55,613 bases of DNA, taken from the IMG/VR virus record IMGVR_UViG_3300042938_000869, positions 1 through 55,613 of that record. One strand, given 5' to 3'. A program made the position numbers and the translations under genes. Below are positions 1-8,576 of the stretch, piece by piece. The DNA is from a virus (Duplodnaviria; Caudoviricetes). The notes beneath the pieces were generated by a model. It was not told the DNA's origin. It did not search any database and was given only the letters and a program-made list of their open reading frames with translations. The stretch's first letter is position 1. Every line of letters starts with the position of its first letter.

Positions 1-573
1 AACCTTGGTGTTGACGAACAACACGCCGTCGGCTGCCTGTGTCGTCAAACCCTCGGCCCGCTTGTGGAGCTTGAGATCATAACGCTTGTAGGGCTGGGAT
101 CCGGGCTCCTCGTGATCTTTCGCCAATGCGAGGGCCAGCCAGATGATCGTCATCCGCCGCTCACGACGCAAGAAGTCGCAGATCTCGATCAGCTGCTGCC
201 AATGTGTATCGGCAATGATGTAGCCCTTGCCATACCCCGGCGTCTCGATGCTGGCCCACTGGTTGGCCACGCACACGTCGCGCCAGATCATCGGCTCGAG
301 GGCGTCGAGGCTGTCTAGAACCAGCGTCTTAAACTGGTTCTTGTCGCTGTTCAGGGCCTCCAGCGCCTGCAGCAACTGATCCCACGACGTGATTTCACCA
401 AAGCCCGTGGTTTCAATGCCTACCGGGGGGCGCTCAGGCGCGATCTGAATGTAGACCGGGTCCGGTGCCTCCAGCGCCAGAGAGGTCTTGCCCATGCCCG
501 CAGTGCCATAGACCAGCAGCATGGGTTCCAGCGTATTGCTGGACCTTTTGAGGCTCTCCAATGAGATTGCCAT
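1..573 (-). CDS. Sak4-like AAA ATPase/recombinase, 5' part (continues at 55427-55613)
   Basis: Manual translation from ATG 573 gives MAISLESLK...LLVYGTAGMGKTSLA (Walker A)...TLVLDSLD (Walker B)...IETPGYGKGY. The frame is open to base 1. Not in the ORF track. Confidence 0.88.
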   Translation of the reverse strand, partial: MAISLESLKRSSNTLEPMLLVYGTAGMGKTSLALEAPDPVYIQIAPERPPVGIETTGFGEITSWDQLLQALEALNSDKNQFKTLVLDSLDALEPMIWRDVCVANQWASIETPGYGKGYIIADTHWQQLIEICDFLRRERRMTIIWLALALAKDHEEPGSQPYKRYDLKLHKRAEGLTTQAADGVLFVNTKV

Positions 574-836
574 TACTCGTTCTCCAGATCTTTTTGGATG
601 TCATAGACGGCATCGGTCAGCGCATCGCACAGGTGAGCGATGAGCGCGGCGCGATCAAATTTTGCATGCGTGACGATGTGTGGGAATTTGTTGCGAAAGG
701 ACCGTTCGATCAGGTCCGCAAACTCGGGCAGAGCGGCAGTCGCCCAATTGTCGATGTCTTCGCTCTGGGTACGCTCGCCGTATCCAAGGTACGCGTCAAA
801 AGCGTAGCTGGGCGCAGTGTCAGGCAGATTGTGCAT
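573..836 (-). CDS. Hypothetical protein
   Basis: ORF MHNLPDTAP... with a TAATG stop/start overlap onto the ATPase. It lies downstream of the leftward promoter. Confidence 0.65.
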   Translation of the reverse strand: MHNLPDTAPSYAFDAYLGYGERTQSEDIDNWATAALPEFADLIERSFRNKFPHIVTHAKFDRAALIAHLCDALTDAVYDIQKDLENE

Positions 837-902
837 TTCAGAAGCTCGTTCGTTAGTTCGTTGGGTAGGTAGGCTGTGCCCGCATCTCGGGCTGACCACA
901 TC

Positions 903-931
903 GATTTAGGAGGCCATTCAGAACCAGTCAA
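903..931 (-). promoter_or_regulatory. Putative leftward sigma70 promoter
   Basis: Minus strand reads TTGACT-N17-TAAATC in the AT-rich divergent intergenic region. Confidence 0.55.
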
Positions 932-1023
932 CATTATTTTTTCAGAAAATGTAAAAAAGAAGGTGGACGTCGGGCTAGGCTCCGAGCCATGATGCGAGGG
1001 CACTTTTTTTACATGAGGAGATC

Positions 1024-1233
1024 ATGAACGAACTTTACAAATGGTTTCAGGTTGAGCGCGGTAGGCGCTCCATGCTTGCCGCCCTGCTGGGTCTGAGCCC
1101 CAGCACCATCTCTCACTGGCAGAAACGGGGCGTGGTGCCTTTTTGGCGCGCGGTTGCGATATCGGAAATTACCGGGATTCCGCGCTGGCAACTTAGGCCG
1201 GACATTTACGAGGATCCGGACCGTGGAGCGTAA
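1024..1233 (+). CDS. Cro/YdaS-like HTH transcriptional regulator
   Basis: LAALLGLSPSTISHW...VP..RAVAISEITGIPRWQLRPDIY; GAGGAG RBS. Confidence 0.85.
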   Translation: MNELYKWFQVERGRRSMLAALLGLSPSTISHWQKRGVVPFWRAVAISEITGIPRWQLRPDIYEDPDRGA

Positions 1234-1762
1234 CAGGGGGCAGACAGAGTGGCTGCCAGAGCAGGTCGATGAACTAAAAAAGCTGTGGCACGAGGGCAAA
1301 AGCGCCACGGTCGTAGCTCAGGAGATGAGTAGAATGTTTGGGCTGAAAATTACCCGAAATGCCATTATTGGCAAAATTCACCGGCTGGTCCACGCTGGCG
1401 TCATGCTCGCCCGTGGGAATAGTCGGCCACAGGAGGCCAAGGATCGTACGAGCCGCCCGCGTCGTCCCAAGGTGCAGGCTCAGGTCACCGCCCCTGCTCC
1501 GGTGGCGAGGCAGACGGCCCCGGTAAAGGTCGCTCCGACAGTGCCCATCAAGGGAAACGTCATTGCCTTTCAGATGAAAGAGAAAAAGACCGGGCCGGGT
1601 CTGCTGGAAGACGTGAGCGGGTGCCTCTATTCCGTTGGTGTCAACGCGAAAAACCAGCACGTGTTTTGCAATGCTGAAAAGCAGGACGGGTCCGCCTACT
1701 GCCCTGATCATCACGCAATGTGCTACCTCCCGACGGCTCCGGTTAAAATTCGGAAAGCATAA
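1223..1762 (+). CDS. gcrA: GcrA-family cell-cycle regulator
   Basis: N-terminal W.PEQVDELKKLWHEGKSA...ITRNAIIGKIHRL and C-terminal C.Y..G....FC......SAYC.DH...CY. The GTG start at 1223 was chosen from a GAGGA RBS. Confidence 0.88.
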   Translation: MERNRGQTEWLPEQVDELKKLWHEGKSATVVAQEMSRMFGLKITRNAIIGKIHRLVHAGVMLARGNSRPQEAKDRTSRPRRPKVQAQVTAPAPVARQTAPVKVAPTVPIKGNVIAFQMKEKKTGPGLLEDVSGCLYSVGVNAKNQHVFCNAEKQDGSAYCPDHHAMCYLPTAPVKIRKA

Positions 1763-1765
1763 GAA

Positions 1766-2206
1766 ATGGCGGGCGTTCTAGTCGGGCGCCGGTCGAAAGA
1801 CCCCACGATCTGCGGCGTGTGCGCTCGAGAGGCGATCACGCTATGCATTTCTGGCCGCTCAAAAAAACTGCAGCCCATGTGGATGTGTGGGCTTTGCTCA
1901 ATCAAACTAGCAATGAAGGTGGCCCACAATATGAGCCCGATCCGTCTGGAAGAGAATGAAGCTAAGGCCCTCGACGAAGCAATTCGCGAGCACATGCAGG
2001 ACATTGTGGCTGCGGTCATGGCTACGCTGTGGGAAAACGACATCAGGGATCTCGACGCCATTACGGCGGAGCGTTTCGCGCCCATGGTAGAGAAGATTTA
2101 CGAAGGCGGCGACTTCAAGAACGCATTGGTTAACACGCTGATCAGCTACAGCAACAAAATGCGTCTCAACCTGACGGTCGAAAAGCCCGATGACGTTCCT
2201 TTTTGA
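1766..2206 (+). CDS. Hypothetical Zn-binding protein (DUF6511-like)
   Basis: CGVCAREA...CGLCS and a C-terminal DDVPF; lies directly upstream of the primase. Confidence 0.6.
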   Translation: MAGVLVGRRSKDPTICGVCAREAITLCISGRSKKLQPMWMCGLCSIKLAMKVAHNMSPIRLEENEAKALDEAIREHMQDIVAAVMATLWENDIRDLDAITAERFAPMVEKIYEGGDFKNALVNTLISYSNKMRLNLTVEKPDDVPF

Positions 2207-4569
2207 TTATGCGCTCTGGAGAGATCGTCATGTTAGCAGCGACAGAGCCTCGCTCGCCTTTCGACGCAGCTTGGCAGCAGCTGGCAGCTAACGGCTACTC
2301 AGTTCTGCCAGTCGCACCAAACAGCAAGGCTCCGTCCGAGTACCGGGCGGGGCATTGGTATCCCATGAAAAAGTGGGAACAGTTTCGAAACGATCCGGCA
2401 AAGCCGTTCGTCGCCAAAATGTGGGCGGCTTGGCCGGACTGCAACATTGGCATTCTCACCGGCACCAAGGCCACGGCCACGCACATGGTTGCGGCGGTGG
2501 ATTACGATACCGATGACCCTGACGTCCTAGCGGACCTTGAGAGCGCCCTACCAGCCTCTCCCGTCAAGAAGAAGGGCCGTCGCGGCTACACTGCCTTCTA
2601 CCTTGTGCCGCTTCGCACCAAGGGGTTCCGCACGGCCATTGTCGAGCTTCTGACAGACACTCGACAGACAGTGATCCCGCCCAGCGTCCACCCCGACACT
2701 GGCCAGCCATACACGTGGATGGGTCCGAGCACCCTGCTCACCACCCCCGCACACAGTTTGCCGGTTCTCACTGATGACGACATCGAGCGCTTCATCGAGC
2801 AGGTCGAGGTGCTGACCAAAAAGCCGGTATCTCCTCCCCCTCATCAGGCGCAGCTGATCCAGCTTCCCGACGACGAGCAGAAATTCTGGCGTGTGCTCAA
2901 CAACACGGCTTACGCCAATCTTGATCGCTGGGTGCCGGATCTGAACCTGCATACGTGCTCGCGCACGTCGACCGGCAGCTACAAGGCTGTGGCGCATTGG
3001 CGGGCATCGAGCACGGGCCGGTCGTTGTCGGAGAGAAGCGCCAACCTCTCGATCATGCCGGGGCAGGGCGCTCGAGATTTTGGGACCGGCGACAGCTACA
3101 CGGCCATCGATCTGACCATGAAGGCCCTCGATCTGCCGCTCGATGACGCCGTGAAATTTTTGACGTCGCGGCTTGGCATGGGGGTTGAGAGGTTTGACGT
3201 GCCCGCCCTGCAGTTCGAGCAGTCAGCCTATCCGGAAATTCCGGTGAGTTCCGAGGAGGTCGCATTCGACCCCGTAACCGGCGAGGTGCTCGAGGAGGCT
3301 GTGAGCGCGGCCCCCATCGCTCTAGATCTGAATTCGTTCGACGAGATCCCTGCCCACTTGCTCCACCCAAGCGGGCTGCTGGGCGAGATCATGGACTGGA
3401 TCGTTGGCGGCTCACGTCGCCCCTCCCGCGCGCTGGCACTTGGCCCGGCCATCGGCGTGGTAGGCACGCTCGTGGGCAATGGCGTGGTCGGTCCGACTGA
3501 TAGCGCGACCCACACCTACATCATCGGCTTGGCGCCGTCGGGGGCGGGCAAGGACTACCCGCTGCAGTGCATCAAGAGGCTTATGGGCGCGGCAAATCTG
3601 AAGCACTTGCTTGGTCCGTCCGAATTCATCAGCATGCCGTCCGTGGTCAATTTTCTCCAGCGTCAGCCGCTGTCGATCTGCGCGATGGACGAAATCGGGG
3701 CGTGGCTCAAGCGCCTGAGCAACAAGAATGCTTCGGGCTATGAGGCATCGATCAGCAAGATCCTCCGCACCATCTGGGGCATCAGCTTTGAGAGCTACCT
3801 CACTCCGGAGTGGGCTCAGCGGGCCAGCACGGAGGTTCAGAACCCAGCGCTCAGCCTATATGGGGTGAGCACCATCGAGGAATTTTATGAGGGTCTGGAA
3901 GGCGGAGACATCCGCAACGGCTTCCTGAACCGCTTCCTCATTTTTTCGACCAGCAAAACAGCGGACGATCAAGACCCACAGCACGGGAGAGACGTTCCCG
4001 ATGATCTGGCTTTGAAGCTGGCAACGCTCAGGAATATGGCCATGCAGCTGAGCCCGTCTGATTTGACGTCGCCTATCGGGGCGCCTCGATCAGCCAAGAA
4101 ACTGGTCTGGAACGGGGGGAGGGGCCCTTGGAACGACCTATCAGCAGAGGTCAAGAAGATCCGTGAGGATAACAGCCGAGACCCCTTTTTCGCCCGTACC
4201 GGGGAGATGGCGGTGCGTCTGGCGACCATCTGCGCGATGGGGTGCGGTCGGCTCGAGGTCCACAAGGAGGACATGCAGTGGGGGCGCGAATTAGCCATGT
4301 GGTCGGCACAGAACATGGAGAACGCCGCCGCTGGATACATGGCCGAAAACGAGAACCAAAAAACGTATAACCGGGTCATCCGGATGATCGAGACGGCGCC
4401 AAACAAGAGCCTGCACCGCCGGATACTGCTGCAGAAATTGCGCGGTGCGGTGAAAGCTCGAGATCTGGAGGAGCTTCTAAAGAGCGCCATCGACAGCGGC
4501 GTGATTGAGGAAACCAAGAAGATCCCCGCTCAGGGCGGAAAGCCGTCCGTAGTGTACCGGGTGATGTAA
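2203..4569 (+). CDS. Bifunctional primase-polymerase (Prim-Pol) fused to a DUF3987-like helicase/ATPase
   Basis: GYSVLPV..NSKAP, NIGILTG, AVDYD, QTVIPPSVHPDTGQPYTW; then GLAPSGAGKD (Walker A), MDEIG (Walker B), NGFLNRFL. Confidence 0.88.
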   Translation: MIMRSGEIVMLAATEPRSPFDAAWQQLAANGYSVLPVAPNSKAPSEYRAGHWYPMKKWEQFRNDPAKPFVAKMWAAWPDCNIGILTGTKATATHMVAAVDYDTDDPDVLADLESALPASPVKKKGRRGYTAFYLVPLRTKGFRTAIVELLTDTRQTVIPPSVHPDTGQPYTWMGPSTLLTTPAHSLPVLTDDDIERFIEQVEVLTKKPVSPPPHQAQLIQLPDDEQKFWRVLNNTAYANLDRWVPDLNLHTCSRTSTGSYKAVAHWRASSTGRSLSERSANLSIMPGQGARDFGTGDSYTAIDLTMKALDLPLDDAVKFLTSRLGMGVERFDVPALQFEQSAYPEIPVSSEEVAFDPVTGEVLEEAVSAAPIALDLNSFDEIPAHLLHPSGLLGEIMDWIVGGSRRPSRALALGPAIGVVGTLVGNGVVGPTDSATHTYIIGLAPSGAGKDYPLQCIKRLMGAANLKHLLGPSEFISMPSVVNFLQRQPLSICAMDEIGAWLKRLSNKNASGYEASISKILRTIWGISFESYLTPEWAQRASTEVQNPALSLYGVSTIEEFYEGLEGGDIRNGFLNRFLIFSTSKTADDQDPQHGRDVPDDLALKLATLRNMAMQLSPSDLTSPIGAPRSAKKLVWNGGRGPWNDLSAEVKKIREDNSRDPFFARTGEMAVRLATICAMGCGRLEVHKEDMQWGRELAMWSAQNMENAAAGYMAENENQKTYNRVIRMIETAPNKSLHRRILLQKLRGAVKARDLEELLKSAIDSGVIEETKKIPAQGGKPSVVYRVM

Positions 4570-4604
4570 AATAATTTGACAAGGATGATGGGTCGATCTA
4601 TAAG
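4565..4604 (+). promoter_or_regulatory. Sigma70 promoter with overlapping operator-like palindrome
   Basis: TGTAAA-ATAAT-TTGACA (4565-4581); TTGACA-N17-TATAAG. A GC hairpin follows (about 4602-4635). Confidence 0.7.
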
Positions 4605-4653
4605 GGGGTCATGGCGGTGCCGCTGTGGCCCCCTTAACGTCTGGAGAGACACC

Positions 4654-4884
4654 ATGGCAAATCATTCCATCAACGTCTGGAACTACATCGACCGCGTCTG
4701 GGTGCGTGCGCCGCTCCCCCTCGATTGGTCTTTTGGCAAGTGCATTATCTACTGCGAGCACAAGCGCATTGAGGGAATTGAGTGCTACGTCGATGGCGAT
4801 CTGATCGGCGAGCTTGCGGCTAAGACCGGGGCCTCCCGAGCAGCCGCCGAAATCGAGTTCGAACGTCCGGAGTGGGCCGCGTAA
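4654..4884 (+). CDS. Hypothetical early protein
   Basis: GGAGA RBS before ATG 4654 (MANHSINVW). Confidence 0.7.
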   Translation: MANHSINVWNYIDRVWVRAPLPLDWSFGKCIIYCEHKRIEGIECYVDGDLIGELAAKTGASRAAAEIEFERPEWAA

Positions 4885-4916
4885 GCGGCCCTCGCCTTTT
4901 GGAAGGAGAGAGAAAC

Positions 4917-5120
4917 ATGTTTGGGTTCAAGAAGAAAAACAGTGTCGTGGCCTACAAGGGATACGTGATCCGAGAGGGGTATTTTCCTTCTACCGATAGG
5001 GTTTGGTTCTGGCAGCATGACGACGCTGAGGCTGAACACGACCAGCGCCGGGGGTGGTCCTACAGCCTGATCGACGCCAAGGCCGATATCGATGACCAGA
5101 TCGCAGAGGGTGTAAAATAA
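4917..5120 (+). CDS. Hypothetical early protein
   Basis: AAGGAGAG RBS before ATG 4917 (MFGFKKK). Confidence 0.7.
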   Translation: MFGFKKKNSVVAYKGYVIREGYFPSTDRVWFWQHDDAEAEHDQRRGWSYSLIDAKADIDDQIAEGVK

Positions 5121-5162
5121 TTAGACCGAGGCATTGACCTGTAAAATAATTTAACATACAAA
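5111..5162 (+). promoter_or_regulatory. Promoter with two operator-like boxes
   Basis: TGTAAAATAATTAGACC (5111-5127), then TTGACC-[TGTAAAATAATTTAACA]-TACAAA. The second box fills the 17-bp spacer exactly. Confidence 0.7.
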
Positions 5163-5189
5163 GGGTGCATCGAAGCAGGGAGACGACAA

Positions 5190-5399
5190 ATGACCAAGAC
5201 CTTCAACATCCGCATCGAAGCCGACCGCGCAGCCCTTGAAGCTTCTGGCTACTTTTGGGCGCTGACTGAGCGGCACGGCTGGGACATCTACCTCGTTGTC
5301 AGCAAGCACCGCACGTACGAAGCCGCAGAGAAGGCAGCCAAGGGCCGAGAGTTCAGGATCCGCGACGTGCGAGACACCACGTCAACCCGGGCGGCCTGA
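5190..5399 (+). CDS. Hypothetical early protein
   Basis: GGGAG RBS; ORF track. Confidence 0.7.
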   Translation: MTKTFNIRIEADRAALEASGYFWALTERHGWDIYLVVSKHRTYEAAEKAAKGREFRIRDVRDTTSTRAA

Positions 5400-5444
5400 C
5401 ACCTATCGATCACCTGCAACCACCTACCACTAGGGAGAACTACC

Positions 5445-5783
5445 ATGTCCAAGCTGAAAACCATCTCCATCCCCTGCAAGGGCGAAACTCGCGAGATGAC
5501 CGGCACCGTTGCGATCCTGCCCATCGGCGAGCGCAAAGTGCGCTTCCTGATCGAGCGCAAAGAAGACGGCTCGCTGGGATCGCTGACGCACTACGCCTCT
5601 GGTTTCGCTTTTACGCGCAGCCTGAACCACTACGCTGTGTCGTTCCTTGTCCAGCACGGCACCTATGCCCGCCGACCCTCTCCGCGCGAGCTCGCCGAGG
5701 CAGCGATTGCCGATGCTGTGTTCTCTATCGGCATCGACAAGGTTCTGGCGACAATCGACGCCGCGCCGATTCTCAACCGCTAA
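5445..5783 (+). CDS. Hypothetical early protein
   Basis: GGGAG RBS; ORF track. Confidence 0.75.
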   Translation: MSKLKTISIPCKGETREMTGTVAILPIGERKVRFLIERKEDGSLGSLTHYASGFAFTRSLNHYAVSFLVQHGTYARRPSPRELAEAAIADAVFSIGIDKVLATIDAAPILNR

Positions 5784-5800
5784 CCCGCAGGAGATCCCCC

Positions 5801-5953
5801 ATGAATATCACCACGACATGGCACAATTCCAACCCCGACACCGTATGGAACCGCCTCGCCGCGAAGCTTGGTCGGCCCCCCACGGACGCTGAGGTCACCG
5901 CCGAGGTGCGGCGCATCCTAGCCGAAGGGCGCGCACAGGTGGGCCGCAAGTGA
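5801..5953 (+). CDS. Small hypothetical protein (50 aa)
   Basis: AGGAG RBS; MNITTTWHNSNPDTVWNRLAAKLGRPPTDAEV...; GTGA overlap with the next gene. Not in the ORF track. Confidence 0.7.
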   Translation: MNITTTWHNSNPDTVWNRLAAKLGRPPTDAEVTAEVRRILAEGRAQVGRK

Positions 5954-6162
5954 TCACTACGCACAAGATCCTAAAGGCCATCGGGTGCCCGATCCTTAAC
6001 CTCTATAAGGGCAAGGGCTACTGGTATTTCATCTATGACGACCTCGACCTGAACGTACACGCGAGCAGCTCGATCTATGTCATGAACTTGAACGACGCGA
6101 GCCTCGAACTCTGGATCGAAGAGGGAAAGGCGCTTATCGAATACGCATCTCGTGTAAAATGA
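5950..6162 (+). CDS. Hypothetical early protein
   Basis: GTGA coupling with the upstream ORF. Confidence 0.65.
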   Translation: MITTHKILKAIGCPILNLYKGKGYWYFIYDDLDLNVHASSSIYVMNLNDASLELWIEEGKALIEYASRVK

Positions 6163-6192
6163 CTTTACATCATGGAAGCGATCCTATAGGGT
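6153..6192 (+). promoter_or_regulatory. Perfect palindromic operator-like box and promoter
   Basis: TGTAAA-ATGAC-TTTACA (6153-6169); TTTACA-N17-TAGGGT. Hairpin GGCGGAAC-G-GTTCCGCC follows. Confidence 0.6.
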
Positions 6193-6223
6193 CACTTCAT
6201 CGGCGGAACGGTTCCGCCCAACC

Positions 6224-6560
6224 TCTGGAGACCAACTATGAACATCGCAACTGCCGGTTACATCATCCACGACAACAACCACGTCATCCACGGCGCGGGG
6301 GCATCGGTTGACGAGGCATGGCACTACGTTAAGGCCGACCTCGACCGCCCGCTCGACGCTGAGGGGAACCCCGTAGACGACGAAACGTGGTTCGAGTTCT
6401 TCTACGTCCGCCCCGTTTCGTATGAGTTGCTCGACGCTATCTATGAGCGCGGCGGCGACCTGCTCTGGGACAATGACGGCTATGTCGCCAACATTTACCG
6501 GGGCGAAGATCCCGACAGCATCTGACCCTCAATTCTGGAGACCAACTATGAACACCGCAA
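6224..6560 (+). repeat. 27-bp direct repeat spanning RBS and start codon of two adjacent genes
   Basis: TCTGGAGACCAACTATGAACAYCGCAA at 6224-6250 and 6534-6560, one mismatch. Confidence 0.9.
6238..6525 (+). CDS. Hypothetical acidic early protein
   Basis: GGAG RBS; D/E-rich, 95 aa. Confidence 0.75.
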   Translation: MNIATAGYIIHDNNHVIHGAGASVDEAWHYVKADLDRPLDAEGNPVDDETWFEFFYVRPVSYELLDAIYERGGDLLWDNDGYVANIYRGEDPDSI

Positions 6561-6856
6561 ACTCTATCGAACAACTGAAGCGCGAGGCTCTGGCCGGTCT
6601 GGACCGCCTAGACGCCACGCTGGCGAACATGCCGCCTCTTCCGAAGATTGTCACCACCCACGATTACCCGCCCATTCCTATCCGCACTCGCGACTGGTGC
6701 GCCTACTTCGACGGCGAAGAGGAGGCAGGCAACTACGGCTACGGCGCTACCCGTGAGGAAGCCATCGCTGATTTCGTGGCGACCTGCGTCGAGGACGACA
6801 GAGTGTCCCCGGCTGAAGCGCTCCGGTTGATCGACGCCGCCTGTGCGGCTGTTTGA
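6548..6856 (+). CDS. Hypothetical early protein
   Basis: Same RBS/start repeat; DYPPIPIR..DW.AY.DG.EE.G.YG.G.T.EEAI.D motif. Confidence 0.75.
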   Translation: MNTANSIEQLKREALAGLDRLDATLANMPPLPKIVTTHDYPPIPIRTRDWCAYFDGEEEAGNYGYGATREEAIADFVATCVEDDRVSPAEALRLIDAACAAV

Positions 6857-6868
6857 AGGGAGGACGAT

Positions 6869-7429
6869 ATGAAGAGCAAGACAACCGATTTTATTAGCCG
6901 TTCGTTCAGACAAGACTTCCCGCAGTTTGTGGATCGCGCGACTGCGCTGGGTGTCCGCATCTCGCTGTCGCCCGGCAAACGCAACGGCGCGCCACGGGCC
7001 TACTGGCTTGACGGGTATCGGCAACTAACCGGTTACATTCTCAAGAAGGGCAACCTGCCTTTCACGCACGACGATGCGGTCGCGAATATCGACAAGGCGC
7101 TGACCGAGATCGAGCAAGGCCGCGCCGAAGTCATGAGCATGAATCTCAGCGAAAGATTCGCCGCCGTCATGGCCGAAATGAGAAAGATAACGCCTCAGTA
7201 CCGAATGATCGGCGAGGTGCATTTGCCATCCGGTGACAAAGGACACTGCTTTTTCGTGCAGCCATTCACCGGCGACGTAAATCTGCGCGGTGTTGGCACG
7301 GTTGCGAAAGCAAAGGCCGAATTCAGATCGGGCGAGCACTACGCCGATCAGTTTGCGCGGTTCTGCGACCTGCTTGAAGCGGATTACCAGTTTCGAGCTA
7401 GTGGCCCTGTAGAGGGGAAGACGATATGA
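6869..7429 (+). CDS. Hypothetical protein
   Basis: GGGAGG RBS; 186 aa. Confidence 0.75.
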   Translation: MKSKTTDFISRSFRQDFPQFVDRATALGVRISLSPGKRNGAPRAYWLDGYRQLTGYILKKGNLPFTHDDAVANIDKALTEIEQGRAEVMSMNLSERFAAVMAEMRKITPQYRMIGEVHLPSGDKGHCFFVQPFTGDVNLRGVGTVAKAKAEFRSGEHYADQFARFCDLLEADYQFRASGPVEGKTI

Positions 7430-7530
7430 AGCTCTGGCACTCAGGCGACCTGAGCGACCTCGCCATCTACCTCATCGGCATGGCCTGCGTTGGCGCGGTC
7501 CTGCTGGCTATAGCGATAGGTGCAGTATGA
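7426..7530 (+). CDS. Small membrane peptide (34 aa)
   Basis: ATGA overlaps on both sides; MKLWHSGDLSDLAIYLIGMACVGAVLLAIAIGAV. Confidence 0.6.
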   Translation: MKLWHSGDLSDLAIYLIGMACVGAVLLAIAIGAV

Positions 7531-7796
7531 CCACACCCCCGCCATACCGCACCCCATGCTCAAGCCCGTTCGACGCGGTCCAAACCGTATTCGCCAAAGC
7601 CGAGCGGCTGGGAATGTCCGTGGAGGACGTTTCCACGCGGTCAGGCTATAGCGCGGACACGGTGCACAACATGCGCCGCCCACGGACAAGCCGCGCGAAC
7701 GGGAGCGGCCTAAACCCATCACTGCGGATGGTAATCGACATGGCTGAGGTCGTCGGGCTGAAGATTGTCGCGGTTCCGATTGAGGAGAAAAAATGA
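7527..7796 (+). CDS. XRE-like HTH protein
   Basis: GMSVEDVSTRSGYSADTVHNM...NPSLRMVIDMAEVVGL. Confidence 0.7.
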   Translation: MTTPPPYRTPCSSPFDAVQTVFAKAERLGMSVEDVSTRSGYSADTVHNMRRPRTSRANGSGLNPSLRMVIDMAEVVGLKIVAVPIEEKK

Positions 7797-7990
7797 ACCA
7801 CCCCAACCCCGGCAGCGATGAGGCCGTCGCGCGCGGCTGCAGGTGCCCAGTCATCGATAACGGGCGCGGTCGCGGCTACATGGGGCAACCCGATATTTTT
7901 GTGTTGTCCGCCGACTGTCCGCTGCATTGGCCGCCAAAAGAAAAAGAACCGAAGACTAAAACCATCGACCGAAAAGGAAAAAAGACATGA
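7793..7990 (+). CDS. Small Cys/His phage protein
   Basis: PNPGSDEAVARGCRCPVIDN...DCPLH; ATGA coupling. Confidence 0.7.
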   Translation: MNHPNPGSDEAVARGCRCPVIDNGRGRGYMGQPDIFVLSADCPLHWPPKEKEPKTKTIDRKGKKT

Positions 7991-8331
7991 ACACCAAGAA
8001 GCCGACCACCACAATCAGCAAGACGACTACCGGCGTCACCGAGTTCGTCGAACACTCGACCGACGTGCAACTCGCCCCCATGCCCTCGAGCGTCCGCCCC
8101 TACATCCTCGAGAGTTCCGAGTTCGACGCCTTCCTCTACTCCAAGCGGTCCGCCGCCATGCGCGAGATCGAGGATGTCGACGCCGAGATCTCACGCCTCC
8201 AGACCGAGATCGACGCCCGCCTCGACCGCCGACAAGACTTGATGGCAATCGTCATCCGCGTCGAAACAGCGCTCAATACGACGCCCACTCGCCCGGCGCC
8301 GCAGTTGACCGAGCGGGGGCAGGGGAATTGA
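7987..8331 (+). CDS. Hypothetical coiled-coil protein
   Basis: Heptad EIEDVDAEISRLQTEIDARL; ATGA coupling. Confidence 0.7.
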   Translation: MNTKKPTTTISKTTTGVTEFVEHSTDVQLAPMPSSVRPYILESSEFDAFLYSKRSAAMREIEDVDAEISRLQTEIDARLDRRQDLMAIVIRVETALNTTPTRPAPQLTERGQGN

Positions 8332-8576
8332 GCGCCGAGAGCAAGCCGTTAGTCATGCCCGATCTCTACGCCTCCCCTCAGCCTGAAGCCTATGGGGTGA
8401 GGGCGGAAATCGAAGCGTTGCTTGACGCCTACGATGCCGAGACGACTGCACTGCCCTTGGGCCACGAAATGCCGACGCGCGGGTCGTCCACCTACAATTG
8501 GCGCCGGGCGATTGTTGAAGACCTTCGCAAGCTAGCCGCCCTATCCCACACCGAACAGGGGGAGCCCACCCCATGA
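8328..8576 (+). CDS. Hypothetical protein
   Basis: TTGA overlap start. This is the 3' part of the track ORF 7818-8576. Confidence 0.55.
   Translation: MSAESKPLVMPDLYASPQPEAYGVRAEIEALLDAYDAETTALPLGHEMPTRGSSTYNWRRAIVEDLRKLAALSHTEQGEPTP

Noticed and set aside
5111-5162. CtrA binding box
   Set aside because: There is no TTAA-N7-TTAA. The repeated motif is TGTAAA-N5-TTTACA instead.
7818-8327. 5' extension of track ORF 7818-8576 (and similar extensions at 1154, 4576, 6422, 40438)
   Set aside because: These overlap better-supported genes or promoters. Downstream starts have an RBS or stop-start coupling.
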